The position numbers and the translations under genes were made by a program. A stretch of DNA of 63,356 bases, the filler included, from Hausera hauseri (taxonomy: Eukaryota), in assembly GCA_046269625.1 (NCBI GenBank). It is 13 parts of 13 records of this genome, joined end to end, with 100 filler letters (N's around TTAATTAATTAA, not from the genome) between each part and the next. Parts side by side here need not be neighbours in the genome. Positions count along the whole stretch, not along the records: positions 20,254 to 24,326 come from JBJURY010780425.1; positions 24,427 to 28,534 come from JBJURY010757875.1; positions 28,635 to 35,774 come from JBJURY010036334.1; positions 35,875 to 40,532 come from JBJURY010487131.1; 9 more parts are not named here. One strand, written 5' to 3'. Within the stretch, counting starts at the first letter, position 1, and every line of letters starts with the position of its first letter. Of the stretch, positions 24,323 to 37,139 are shown piece after piece. The notes below the pieces were generated by a model. That model searched no databases and was not told the DNA's origin. It saw nothing but the letters and a program-made list of their open reading frames with translations.

Positions 24323-25085
24323 GAAANNNNNNNNNNNNNNNNNNNNNNNNNNNNNNNNNNNNNNNNNNNNTTAATTAATTAANNNNNNNNNNNNNNNNNN
24401 NNNNNNNNNNNNNNNNNNNNNNNNNNAAAATTTTTTATGACGTAATTGGGCAAATCCGCCAAATAACGGTTCCGGCACTTTCTTGCTACAGGAGCAGATA
24501 TTTTGACCAAAAATAAAATTTTTTGTTAAAATGTTTAATACATCGCATTAAGCATATATAGAGCTAAAACGCGTTCATGATTAAAGACTGATAAAAGCTA
24601 ATTACTTTTCTTGAATGCTTACTTGTCTTAACCGCAATCTATTAAATTGTAATTTTTGTACAATGAAATTCCTTTACATCAATGGATAACAACAATTATT
24701 ACATATTTTTTTGATAAACAAGAAATTTTTTTTGTTCTCCTTCCTTTACTGAGTAGCGTTTTTAAGTAATTCCATTAAATATATTCCTCGCTTCTTTTTC
24801 GCCGATAATTGACTATCTGACGAATTACTTTTATCCGAGCTCATTAAATTTAAATAGCATCGTCTATTGTTTCAGTATAATCTAATTCGATTTCTTTACA
24901 TGCTACTTCAATTTCCGTTTTGTGCTTTTGTGATTTAAATTCGACAAAAAATATTTCGAACTAAAATGTTCTTCAAAATGTAACAATTATTTCGTTGGTA
25001 GATAGTATTTCCACGCATCCATACTTAAGGATTTTTACCGTGACAAATAGCTTTCCAACTAATATTCTCATCAATCATAATAAAA

Positions 25086-25600
25086 CTAATCAGATAATTT
25101 ATTTGAAAATCTACGAATAAATATATGTTCAGCGGCACCATGGCGTTCAGGTGTAATGTGCACAGGCCAACATAAGACCATTCTATTACACGTAAATATT
25201 CTACGCAAGTTGGCTGGAATCCACAGGTGACTGTACAAAACGCGTAAGTCCCCATCGTCCTCGGTCATTAGCAGATGTAGAAAAGTATTTGAATTTATGG
25301 ATGTCGTATCCACGTCATCAAATATGATTGCGTCATTGTTCGGACTCAGGGCATCTAGAGAGGTGTAATTGCGTACATCAGATGATTCATAAAATGTGAT
25401 TTGGCGTACGCAGTTTTTCCGATACCTATTAGTTCAACCATTGACCATTAAAATACGAAATCAGTAACGGAAAACTACCTGTTGGTCCAAATATAATGTA
25501 CCTTTTTACTTTCGAAAAATCAGTTAAAGAAACATTACATGTTCAGTGCGATTGATTAGCTATCGCAGATCCACCAATGGTGCGTTGTGGCGCACGACCG
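25086..25600 (-). pseudogene. CRESS-DNA-virus Rep-like SF3 helicase domain (endogenous viral element) with 53-bp intron 25426..25478
   Basis: Spliced Walker A YIIFGPT^GIGKTAYAKSHF, Walker B AIIFDDVD, FLHLL, LRVLY..IPA and motif C RIFTCN. One frameshift near 25375. Confidence 0.75.
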
Positions 25601-25949
25601 GCATGAAAAAATAACTGACAAAAATTTTATTACAGAATTAAGGAGTACTGGAATAGAATAAAGTTGTAATACTGCGTAATGCAAGTCAGTAGCGTACCCA
25701 AATACCCAACATACTGATGTATTTAACTTTCCACCGGCCTCCCATACTTTATGTGTCACGTGTTACGGTGCCCATGACATCACATATGTTAAGCCTAGTG
25801 TTCTTGTGACGTAGTCAGTTTCTAAGTTGCTAGCTTTGTCATAACGGAAAACACAGGCACATGTTGGATTCCTACATGTTTGAGTTCCTAAAGGCATCTT
25901 CTTTATATTTGTTCTTCAATATGGTATATTGTATACTCAATAAGTTATT

Positions 25950-26182
25950 TTATCGTGCAGCGGATGCGATCTGAGGGGCATAAAATGCGCGAAATCGTTC
26001 GGTCGCCGGGCCTTTGCCCGGGCCCCAATGGGGAACTTAAAACGCTCCCCCAGAGCCCTAGCTGGTGGGAGCGGATTACAACGTCCTCCCAAAGAACCCC
26101 TCCCTCGGCTCTTCGGGCCACGCTCTTATCGCCTCTGGCGATAACGCTCGGCATTTCAAAAACCCTTAATCCGCTCCTGTGA
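25950..26182. repeat. GC-rich dispersed repeat or DNA-transposon end fragment
   Basis: Abrupt GC-rich island (GCCCGGGCCCC..GGGGAACTT..CGCTCCCCCAGA.CCCTAGCTG) in AT-rich DNA; no credible ORF. Confidence 0.4.
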
Positions 26183-26629
26183 ATTAGGAATTGATTTTAT
26201 AAAATATTCATGAATATTTATTATTGTAAGATAAGGCGACGAACCAATAGGTCAAGAGAAATATTAAATCAGTTAAAGCTTTTAAGGGAAGATTCCCAAA
26301 ACGAATTCATAGAAGACATAAGCGTGCCTAATAATGAAATCCAACAAACATTCAAACGGCAAAATTGTCCGTTAATGAAGTAACCATCAGCTAAAAAGCT
26401 GACCAATCCTAAACGGCAAGATTGCCCGTTAACACTCTTTAACGATAAGAATCGATCAACCAAGCGACAAAAATGTCGAACAATAAATGCAGTCGTGAGT
26501 TATCGTATTAAAATACAAGATGAAGCCACTAAATTCTTCACCTCATCAAAACTACAAATGAAACAAAAATTCATCTATCCGCAAGCCTTTTTCTAAATCT
26601 TTTTGGTTGATATTTATTTACTTTTTTCG

Positions 26630-28030
26630 GTTCAAGAAGGATCGGAAACTGTAGAAAGAACCGAGTCTTTTGACTTCATGGTTATTGATAACCTCAACCA
26701 AACAGTTAACGAAGATTATGCCTACTATGAAATGGAATGCTTATCCATAACAATTTGAAAGGACATTATCAAAGATCTGGATTAATTATCAAATTATCCA
26801 ATACGGCAACAACATTGGCAGATTTAATCGACATCTCCAGTCGGACAACATCAGTATACATATCGGTAGCAAAAGGAGATCTTCAAATAAAAAGTAGAAC
26901 ACATTTAAACTAAATTACGGATACTCTTGACATTCCCGAATTAACTACTATTTGCTTGGACAAAAGGTTCCACAAGAATGCTACCATTATATTCCGATCA
27001 TATGGCGGCCCACCTCCGATAATCTACGTTGAGATTACCCGCAGAGAAACTTTCCCTCAAATTGAGCATGAAAAACCTACCTATCCTCCAAATCTACCCA
27101 GCCGAGACCAACTTATAAGTGGAATATCTTTCTCTCGACTACCACTCATACCAGAAACTAAGATAGCTATAACAACAAACTCTGCTTACTTGTTAACGCC
27201 ACTACGGAATAAAGAAATAACTCTTATAGAGTTGACTGTTACCGACCTAAAAAGAAATATTATCCTGGATAAAGTTGTTACTCCGCGTGATCGAGTCGAC
27301 AACTTCGATAGTCAAATTACCGGACTTAAAGAAATGGACTTAATAGGACGAACTGACCCATACCAGATTAGATCCCTCGTCAGGCAAAAGCTTAATGACA
27401 AACTAATTATTGGCATGGATATTTACAGTACAAATCTGCATCTTGATTTATTCGATATCAACTCAATATTTAGGATCATGGATTTATTCCACCATAATGA
27501 GATAAACCCAGAAAAGAAGTTGAGCCAAAGCAGATTCTGATGAAATTCAATATCGCGTATCCCCTTCGCACTAGACAGAAAGCTGCAACAATATTGAATA
27601 TTTACAAATCTATCAACGAATATAAAACCAAAAATCGTAATCCACAAGAATCGCCTATTCAATCACAATCGGATAGACAAAGATCAACCGCAAAGGAAAT
27701 GCTACAAACGGTCGAGCATATTCAAAGTCTTGCCTTATAGGAAAACCGCATAAAGTCAGTTCCTGAACCCATCGAAATTAGTCAAATGCCACAAACATCC
27801 ACACATATACAGTCAATCAACGATCGACCACTCTCCGCCGCCGGTTCCAGTGAATCTATTCTAATAGATTTGACGAAAACAATAAAAAAGGAAGACATCT
27901 CAAGAAATTGTAATTCTCGAAAAGAAAATCCAAAAGAAAGGACAATGGGGTCAATCAGAATCCGCAAACTATTGCTACAATAACGGAGTCCTCAAAACAT
28001 ACCCTCTGATACTGAGGACAATATCATCTA
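26630..28030 (+). pseudogene. Accessory ORF with REXO1/REX4-like DEDD exonuclease fold at the 3' end of an LTR element (copy C)
   Basis: IELTVTDLKRNIILDKVVTPRDRVDNFDSQITGLKEMDL..VRQKLNDKLIIG; the ExoIII-position helix reads RTRQKAATILNIYK. The ORF ends just before a PPT. Confidence 0.65.
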
Positions 28031-28040
28031 AGGAGAAAGA

Positions 28041-28534
28041 TGTTGAGAAGCCAAATGCCAGTGTAACACATAGAAGAGTAACATGCCAATAAAAATTGAC
28101 ATACGATAATATTTCCACAATTACTGTGACACACTATTCCATAACTGAAAAATTGATTACCTTTCACTTCATTTTCTGAAATATTTATTTTATTTATTCG
28201 GCGTAATATTTATTTCTTTTATCTCCTGTATTTTATTGCATACGTGGTGACAATTAATTGCGTTTTTTATGGATTATCCCTGAACCGCGTATGTCTAGAA
28301 ATACTATAAACACCTTTACTAATTGACAACAAATCATTATGGATGCCTATTCTTATAATGGTTGTAAGCATATTGCTTTTTATGACTATTGTACTTTTAA
28401 TGTTACATTATCACATTATTTTCAAATAATTTTCTTGTCATTATTGTAATTTGAAAATAATACCTTTTCTTAATAAGAGCTAAATAAAACAAAATAATTC
28501 CGGCTCCGTAATTCGCCGGTTGTTTAAAATCAAC
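28041..28534 (+). repeat. Putative 3' LTR of copy C (truncated by gap)
   Basis: The purine tract AAGGAGAAAGA (28030-28040) is immediately followed by TGTTGAG; TATAAA at about 28305 and AATAAA at about 28483. Confidence 0.55.
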
Positions 28535-30019
28535 NNNNNNNNNNNNNNNNNNNNNNNNNNNNNNNNNNNNNNNNNNNNTTAATTAATTAANNNNNNNNNN
28601 NNNNNNNNNNNNNNNNNNNNNNNNNNNNNNNNNNTTTATACTTATATTGTTTGACTTTCATTTGTTGCACCATTCAATGTATGTGCAGTGAGTTTCAATG
28701 GCCCAGAATATGTAATTGCTCTCTGGGAAAAATACTTAAAGCATTCAACCCTCAAATCTAATTTTATAAATAAAATGTGTACAGTTAAACTGTGGATAAT
28801 TTTCTTCACATTTCTTTGTTAATTTGATAAATTACCATAAGAAGTCGCATTGACTCAAGGCTTTTCATTTAAAAAAAATTCGGATACTTTGGCGGACTCG
28901 GACCAATGAATATTGACAGCCAAGACTTCAATGGAATTTGTTTTGAGAAAATTTTAGTCGATGTTACTAAGTGATCGCGTGTGTATGTTTGATTTGTTGT
29001 ATATTCATATTTTTAGAAAATTAAACTATATATGCAACAATATTTTAAGAATGTAACTTTATGTTACCAAGGTTACTACTATAAAAAGTATTAAAATTAA
29101 TCTGAGATACTTTAAGAAAAAAAATATTTTGATTATGAAATGGACTTAAAGGAACTAAGATTCAATTTGATTTAATTCTTTCATATAACGGAATAATTTG
29201 CTAACGAATTTCAGAAGCTTTATATGTTGAGAAATGCAGATTCTACAGTGTCTGTAAATTAATTTATGCGAAAATTAAGAGTTGTTTAAATTACTACAGC
29301 AGCATAATACAACTTTATTCTGACACCATATACAGTTGGTTTAACCCTGTGTTACATAGCAGTAACGTTTAGTACCAGCAACAAAAACGACTGTCATTTT
29401 ACAAATTCTTCGATGCTTTTAGTCAATATCAAATCGAATGTTTATAGATGAGCTTTTGTGGATAAAAAATTAGCTGAAATTAAAATTAGGTTTTTATCAT
29501 CAGTAATCCAGTAATCGGCAATTAAAATTCATGCAATAGACGATTATCAAATTTGACAATGTATATTTTTAATACGAAAATTAAATCAGCGTCGAACGTA
29601 AATTTACATATTTTATACACGATTGTGCCTAATTAATTAATATGATAAAGCTTATGAATGAAAATTAACAAAGTTTTGTTGAAAATTTTGGAAAATGCTA
29701 TAGTCAAATAAATTTCCAATTTGTTTCTTATATCAACATAGATTTTGTATTTCTGAACATACCTCATTTTTGTTTTGTAAAGGAATTTAAACATACATGT
29801 ATCATGTTGTCTTAGTTATTTTAAAACTCTTCAATTACTCACAGTATTATTAGTTTTTGGTATGCCTCGCCTGTAGATGTCGTTTAAAATTAAGAAATAA
29901 CTAAGATGATGTTTAAAATCTTTTAAAATTTCCTTGAAAACTGAAACTAGACTTGTTCAGAAATACAGAATCTATGTTGAATATAGAACTGTTCTATAAC
30001 AAATAGGCCTCGAAGAATC

Positions 30020-31110
30020 GGCCAAAGAAAAGCTCATCAGTCTGATAACTGATGGAGAGTCTGTCAACACTGGTAGAAAAAGTGGCTTGTGAGTTCTGTT
30101 GAATATGTTCCTTTCCAGCGATATTCATTGTCTTTGGTGTGTAGCGCACAGAACAGATCTCTCTTTTAGTGACACTGAGACGTTGGTTATGGAAGTAAGG
30201 CACTGGAGATCAAATGTCAAGTCATTCGAATGAGCGAATTGAAAGAAATAGCAAAAAGTTTGAATTCCAAATTCGTTCGTTTCACTGAGCATTTCGAAAT
30301 AAGATTCATTGATCATCTGATTAGCCTCTGCAATGCTGTTTGGAAAAACTTGCCGTTTCTTCGAATTCACTGACAGAGATTGTTACGGGGTCAAATCGTA
30401 ACAGCACGAGGATTTTTGAGACTTTGGAAGCCAAGTTGATCGCTAGATGATCTTCCAGAGATATATGATCACTATCTGTGACGTTATGGTTGCAAGACAA
30501 GTGATTGTCGATTCATCGGATCTCATTGAATTGGGTCCCTTTCCAGGAGTCGAAGATTGGAAAATTCTAAAGACTACAACAGGCACAGCTGCAGAATGTG
30601 CGGAGGCATATGCAGAGAACACCGAAAGGCGAAGACATAATCACAGTCTCGTATCTGTCAAACGTTACTCTGATAGTGTTAAGTTCGAGCCAAAGAATTT
30701 CTGTCGTACCGTCTTTGTGATGACCAAAATATAATTCTGAAAAATATGAAAAAATTTTTTGTGGCGACGATCATGTGCGAAGCTGTTTAATAGTTTGAAT
30801 ATTTCTGTTCAATGATCTACTTTCTCCAAGTTTGTTCAGTAATACCTTTCATGGACACCATACAGTATTGCGCCAGAGGGAGCAGTGTTTTGCCACGTTC
30901 TGTTAAAAAGTGCCAAACAATCAACAGCGAAACAAGAAATCATTTACAGTCGAATGCAAATTGCATTAAATGCAACAGGCGCAGCACACTTTGACATTCG
31001 ATCGACTGTCGCAAGATTTCTTATGAAGAAAGAGCGACGATATGCAATGCCAGAAAAAGAAATGTACGAAAACCACCACTTCACTACGAAATTATTTGAA
31101 AAAGATAATG
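30020..31110 (+). mobile_element. hAT-superfamily (ZNF862/KIAA1586-like) transposase remnant
   Basis: LISLITDGESVNTGRKSGL, WCVAHRTDL (CxxH), FEIRF..HL and RMQIALN; multiple stops and frameshifts. Confidence 0.7.
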
Positions 31111-32594
31111 AGTTGCTTGCTATTATACAGCCTTTGTCTTGTAATTTGTAGACTAAAATTCGGAGTAGCTACTTTTCTTTAATTTTGCCCTCGCGGCGTG
31201 CCGACGGGGAGCGGGGGGTAATAAACCTCTCCCCATGGAATTTGACTTTAAAATTTTCCCCATAGATTACGTCGCCAAAAAATAATTTTATTAGTAAGGA
31301 CATATAATTTTTTTAAAATTTCGTTAATAATTTTAAAAAATGGAGCTTTACTATATTAGGAATTCGCAAAAATTGAAAGTTTTTATATGGGCATGAAAGA
31401 AGTGCCGTGGAGAACCATGAATGCAAGAAGGTTGCATTGTTACATAACGTGTCGCCTAGTCAAAATTCCTTAAACTATGCTTTGGATACTGCAAAATATG
31501 TAGTTTTTGATCTACGTCTCAGTAGACCCTGCCCTCTGGAAAGTCGAAGTACTGATTCTTCTCATTCAGTAAATACAGTAGGCTCTCACACTTTGAAAAA
31601 CCAATTTTTTAATGATATTTCACAACGTCATTCCCTCGAGCTCCGTCATCCGTCACAAATTTTTAAAAATATATTGTTGATAATTCTTCTATATAACAGC
31701 AGTTGTCTGTAATCAGCCAATACTAAATTATTGACAGTTTTATTGCACATTGAAACGAGAGAAGAAAATCATTCGTTTGCTAATTAACGCTACTAGTCAC
31801 AAAGTTCCTACTATATTAAGTAGTATCCGTATTCATTACCGTCCTCCAAACATGATTTTGTGTAATCAACTTCTTGATCCTGAAAAAATAAACTTAAACT
31901 TAATTATTGGAAGTTATAACTGCAAAAGATGAATGATCTCACTGATGCTCAACTACCAGTTACATTGGTCATTTTTGATGCTATTCGATTCTGTCAGATG
32001 GTTTGCGATAATGTTTCTATAAGTTGTCAGTAGGGTTCTTTAGGAGCAACATATAAGGTTATAAGCTACACATACATGTCTTTTAGAGGACAATAATGTT
32101 GCACGATTTGAACGTTCTAATATTTCGATCTTACTAAGATCTTCATCTGATGAGTATTTGTCAAAAAACAGATATCAGAGACCACACACTCAATATTTAA
32201 ATAATTATCCCAACAGCATTTCCTGATTTTGTTGGATGTGGATAATATTCTTCTTGCTCAGGACTTTTAAAAATTTGTATATCGGCAAAAAGCTTTCTTG
32301 AAAAATTATAAAAATTGACATGAACTAAACAGACGAACATTAAATTACAAGCCGATACTGATAACTCTGCATTTTAATGAAGTATATTCGCCTGGAGATA
32401 TTTTAATATATGCTTCAAAAATGGGAACATAATTTGTAGACCTGTATGACATCAATTAGTACTAATACTGCAACCAAAAACAAACCATAGCAATAACAAT
32501 GCCTGGATGTAGGTAATCGTTCGAACATTATATAAATCAATGAAATGAGTCATTAGAACTTGGAATTTTGAGTTGTATTACATCAGTAGGGGGA

Positions 32595-33019
32595 AAATGT
32601 ATGTTCTGTCCCACCCGCCGGTGGTGTGCGAATCGATAAATCAATTTGCACATGTAGTGTGCACTATCTATCTGTAGTGTGCTACGCGACGGTGCCACTA
32701 GGCACCTTTACTATGCACATTTTGCACATTTCACAAATCGATCGCTGCGCAGTGCAGTATTGATCGAATCGATCGGGACAAAGTGCTAATAGATAGTGCG
32801 TGTCAGTGCACATAGATTAGTGCACAGTGCAGGTGTGCTGCACATGTGCAAGTGTGCAAAAATCTTATATTGGATTTCCGATAATCCAATATTGATGATT
32901 ATGGCACGGTACCGGGTGCAATCGAAAGCACACATGATGGACTGTATCAATGTGCATTTAGAATTTAAATATATTGATTGGTTTTCGAATAATTGCCAAC
33001 TGGGACAGAACATGCATAT
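32595..33019. mobile_element. MITE-like element with terminal inverted repeats; right part duplicated at about 33180-33450
   Basis: ATGTTCTGTCCCA (32601-32613) is the reverse complement of TGGGACAGAACAT (33001-33013). The internal block repeats downstream and ends CAACTGGGACAGA. Confidence 0.6.
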
Positions 33020-33459
33020 GCCTTTTCGCTATAAATTGAAAATCAATAATATCAATATGGCACATATACTGGCGGGTAGAGTACTTGATGTACTATCGTT
33101 CAGTGAAATACTCGAGTCAAGTGTACTCTTGGATACGGTTGCCAAGGCACTTTTTCACTTCACATATTGGTCACTGTACAGCGTAGGATTGATTGAATCG
33201 ATTGGGGTTAAGTGCAGGTAGATAGAGCACATCGAGATGCACCTTGATATATACTGTGCAGTGCAAAACCACGTGTGCAAGTGTTCAAAAATCAATATCG
33301 GTTTTCTGGTATTTCCAATATTGATGACTAGGACATGTGACCGGGTTCAATCGATTGGAAACACGATGCAATATATGAACGTGCAGTTAGAATTTAAATT
33401 TATTGAGCCGATTTCGAATAATATCGATCAAAAGTGCAACTGGGACAGACTTCCCATAG

Positions 33460-34260
33460 ATTTTTTAGGCCCTAAGGAGTCAAAATTCGATATTATAATT
33501 AGCGGGGACAGATAGGAAATCAACTATGGCGATCTCGAATATTCGATATTCGAAAAAACTTTGACCCGAATATCGAATATCGGACTATTCTAAAAATTTA
33601 ACAGCAGCAATCGATTCCTCGTATATGAAAACCCCCTTACACATAAAAATTATTCAATGAAAATGTACTATATAGATATAAAACCAATATTTCGAATTAC
33701 GCAAAATGTGCATTTGAAGCGCAGTGAAGCGGAAATCGATAAATCTAATAGCGGGATTGTACAGGAAAGCATATATGAAGAATCGGAATATGGAATCATT
33801 TATTCGAATTCGAGCTTACAAGTCGAATACTTGGCTATTTGAACTTGAAAACTCGGTCAAGCAAGCATTATTCGAAGAATCTAATGACGGTATTCGAATC
33901 CCCATGGTGGAAAACCCATATGGCAATCAAGATCAGTGTGGTTCAGTGCCGTTCAGTGTATAAAAACAAGGTTTGTCAAATATGCTAAAAGTTCTTATTA
34001 AATGCAAAGTCATTCTTATATTGATTAAGCAATTGAGTTGATTTTGAAGGTGAAGTACATTGAAATCGGTAAATCTTTAAGCGTACATGGATAGGAAAGC
34101 CTATATGTAGAATCCGAATATGATGTTAGATGTTCGAATATCATATTCGAACTCGAAGAAATATCGATTCGAACTCGAATATTTGATCAAGCAAGCATTA
34201 TTCGAAGAATGTGATGGCGCCAATCGATTCGGCATGTATGAAAACCTATTCAAATTTGGC
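33460..34260. repeat. TCGA/TTCGAA-rich non-autonomous repeat with an internal tandem duplication
   Basis: TCAAGCAAGCATTATTCGAAGAAT and AGGAAAGC.TATATG.AGAATC.GAATATG each occur twice, about 330 bp apart. Confidence 0.5.
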
Positions 34261-34541
34261 GCCGCTACATATTTAAATCATTTTATGCATTAAAACAAAC
34301 GCATGATGTTGATAATACAACATATTGGCAACATATTGGGCAACAATATGCGGTACCCAATTTACCCTACCATTAAAATTATTTTCTTACATGTGTTTTT
34401 GTTTTACTGCAACAATTATCAAAATTAGACAGTTTACGTTGACACATATATTTATTATTTCCAAATTCACTTCCAAAATCACTTCTGCCAATGGTAAGTT
34501 TTTTCTTATTTTGTCTACATCAAATAATTGTTTTGTTTTAG

Positions 34542-35774
34542 ATGTGCAAACTGTACAAAGATTGCCTAGCTCCAATCCATGAGTTAGAAACCTGCCATAG
34601 TACTATGATGAAATACTATGGCCACATGTTCAACAGAATCCAATACTATATATGCCCTACATGTGAGGTAGTGTGCAGGACAGTATACGAGGAATTCTAC
34701 AACGTACATAAACGACACTTGATATCCTTCGTCAAGTCAAAAAATTCTATAATAATATGCCCACAACATCTATTGTGTCAAAATAAAACAAGGTGCAGTT
34801 CATATATGCATTGCACATGTACAATACATAACCCCGAGAATTGTCACAATACCATGAGGATCTATTATGACCACAAATTCAATCGAATCCTTTATTATAT
34901 TTTCCCAGGATGTGAGACTGTATGTGATGGCGAATACATACAGTTCTATGAAGATCATAAGGATCATCTAACTGACTTTGCATCAAAGTCTAAGAAGATC
35001 ATATTTAATGAGCATAGGCCAGTTGCACAGTCCGCAGTGCAGTCCACAGTACAGTCCTCAGTACAGTCCACAGTACAGTCCGCAGTACAGTCCGCAAAAA
35101 TAAAACGCCCATCAGGTCCATCAGATGCCTCAGTCTCAACAGGCGTAGCAGCTCAGCCAAAAGCCCAAGACAGCGGCCAGTTGATGCTGCTGCACTAAAG
35201 AATAAAGTCCGCAAATATATCATTGATGCAGCTGGACAAACAACCATTAAGGAGTTCCTGGAATATGCAAAGGAAGAAATAGAGGGGATCCTCCAAGACA
35301 ATATGACTGAGCTCAATGCCCTTAAAGTTAACATGAAACTTGAGGCCACATACGTCAATGTCGATGCTAAAGAATCAAATACGGCCTTCAAGACAAAAAT
35401 AGGCCTATATTGGAAAACACAAATATAGCTGAATAGCTGCATAAAGAGCATACGAAGCTGATACTGTGAAGCCGATGAGAGCCAGGATAAGAAGAGTGGA
35501 TGGACTCTGGAAACCATCATTAGACTGTTCTATATGTACACAGATACTCCCTCATGCGAGGCAGTTCATATATATAGCTTTCGGACTGGATCGCTAATAA
35601 AAAAGCATGTGTCAGTGTTCAGAATAATGACAACATGTGCTTCATGTATGCCATTCTATCAAAACTCGTAACGGATCAAAGGCATGCAGCAGATCGGATT
35701 TGGCTATATAATGATCTCCAACACAACTACGACTTTCAGTGTATCACATTCCCTCCATCCATAGATGAAATCAA
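34542..35774 (+). mobile_element. 5' part of protein-primed PolB gene (Polinton/adintovirus-like) with N-terminal tandem Cys/His repeats
   Basis: LKVNMKLEATY, AFKTK, KSGWTLETI, RGSSYI.L..WIANKKACVSVQNNDNMCFMYAILS and DFQCITFPPSIDEI. Confidence 0.75.
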
Positions 35775-35988
35775 NNNNNNNNNNNNNNNNNNNNNNNNNN
35801 NNNNNNNNNNNNNNNNNNTTAATTAATTAANNNNNNNNNNNNNNNNNNNNNNNNNNNNNNNNNNNNNNNNNNNNAATAATTCAATATTTTATTGATATCT
35901 TGTTAATAATGACTTTCAGTTTTTCTATGTTAGAAATATTCCACAATTCTTCAATTACTTTTACAAATTATGTATATAAAATTTTATA

Positions 35989-37138
35989 CAGTCCGCGACA
36001 GCAAGTTGGAAACTAAGTGTTATTATAAAACAATTAGAGGGTAAAACTATTAACTTATTCCAGAAATAATTTATTATTCACAGATATCAACATGGAGTAA
36101 TTTATAAGTAATTTTCAGTAATTTGTATGTTTACCTTTACATTCAACCAGAGCTTTAACCTTTCTTGGCATTGAATTGATAAAAGACTTCATGATATCAA
36201 ACATGTGTTCACCCCGATTCCATACACTGAGGAAGGCGATAATAATATCATGTTTGTCCTTGGATTTTTCTTCATTATCTTCCTCTTTACTGCGGCCCAT
36301 AAGTTTTCGAGGAGACTAATGTCGGGTGATGGTGGGGGCCACTCAAGCAAATTGATATTCTTTACGCGAAAGTGACCTAAAGCTCTTTTGCTTACATGGC
36401 AGGGAGCATTATCCTGTTGGAATACTTCGCTGCCATCAGGAAACCATTCTGCAAGCTGATAAACAATTCGTCCATCTATTATTTTGGTAATGTACCACTC
36501 GGTATTTATAGTGGACTCTACAACGTAACGAACGAATTGAGGACAATTATCTCGTAGTTAAATACTTGTCGCATTGCTAAAAATAACTTTATTCCATTGA
36601 TCCATAGTCCATTGTTGGTTAACTAAGGCCCACTTATATCGTTTAGTAACTTGAGCATAGGTCAAAAACGATTTCTTCTTAGACTTTTTAACTTTACATC
36701 CAGCTTTCTTTAATCCTGTTTGTATTGTCCTTAAGCTAACATTATCCCCTCTGGATCCCATTTCGCACTGGGTCTCTCTAGCTGGAATTCTTGGATTGTT
36801 ACCACAAATCACACGAAGTGTCCTTATATCTCACGCAATAAGCTTCTTGTTTCTTCCCCCACAATATTTGTATGATAAATCACACTTTTCGGTTTCCTTA
36901 TGCTGCTTTAGGATCTGACAGACAAATGATTTACTAACACCAGCATATTCACTAATTTCTTTTTGAGACTTGCTTGTATTCTCAAACAATGTTATGACTT
37001 TTAATCTACTTTCATACCGCTCCTCTATTTCTAAAACGTAATAATGGATTAAAATATACTGATACTTATCCCAGGTTGATGAAATAATGCAAGTTTGAAT
37101 AAAATGTGTATCAGCTTCCAACTTGCTGTCGCGGACTA
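35989..37138 (-). mobile_element. Tc1/mariner (Tc1-like) transposon, defective
   Basis: TIRs CAGTCCGCGACAGCAAGTTGGAA flanked by TA. HTH SQKEISEYAGVSKS; WNKVIFSN; FQQDNAPCH; WPPPSPDISLLENLW. Confidence 0.92.
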
Positions 37139-37139
37139 T

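Larger units (their letters stand above)
20254..24326 (-). mobile_element. Complex Ty3/gypsy element copy B: 5' LTR, gag, glycoprotein remnant, integrase tail, Cys-rich ectodomains; pol deleted
   Basis: LTR homology to 150-774; gag fragments 22633..23158; AYINKNGK..KRVVKTQIRPNKRYNLRQ matches the integrase tail of copies A and L; ORF 20368..20799 is homologous to 3983..4555. Confidence 0.8.
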
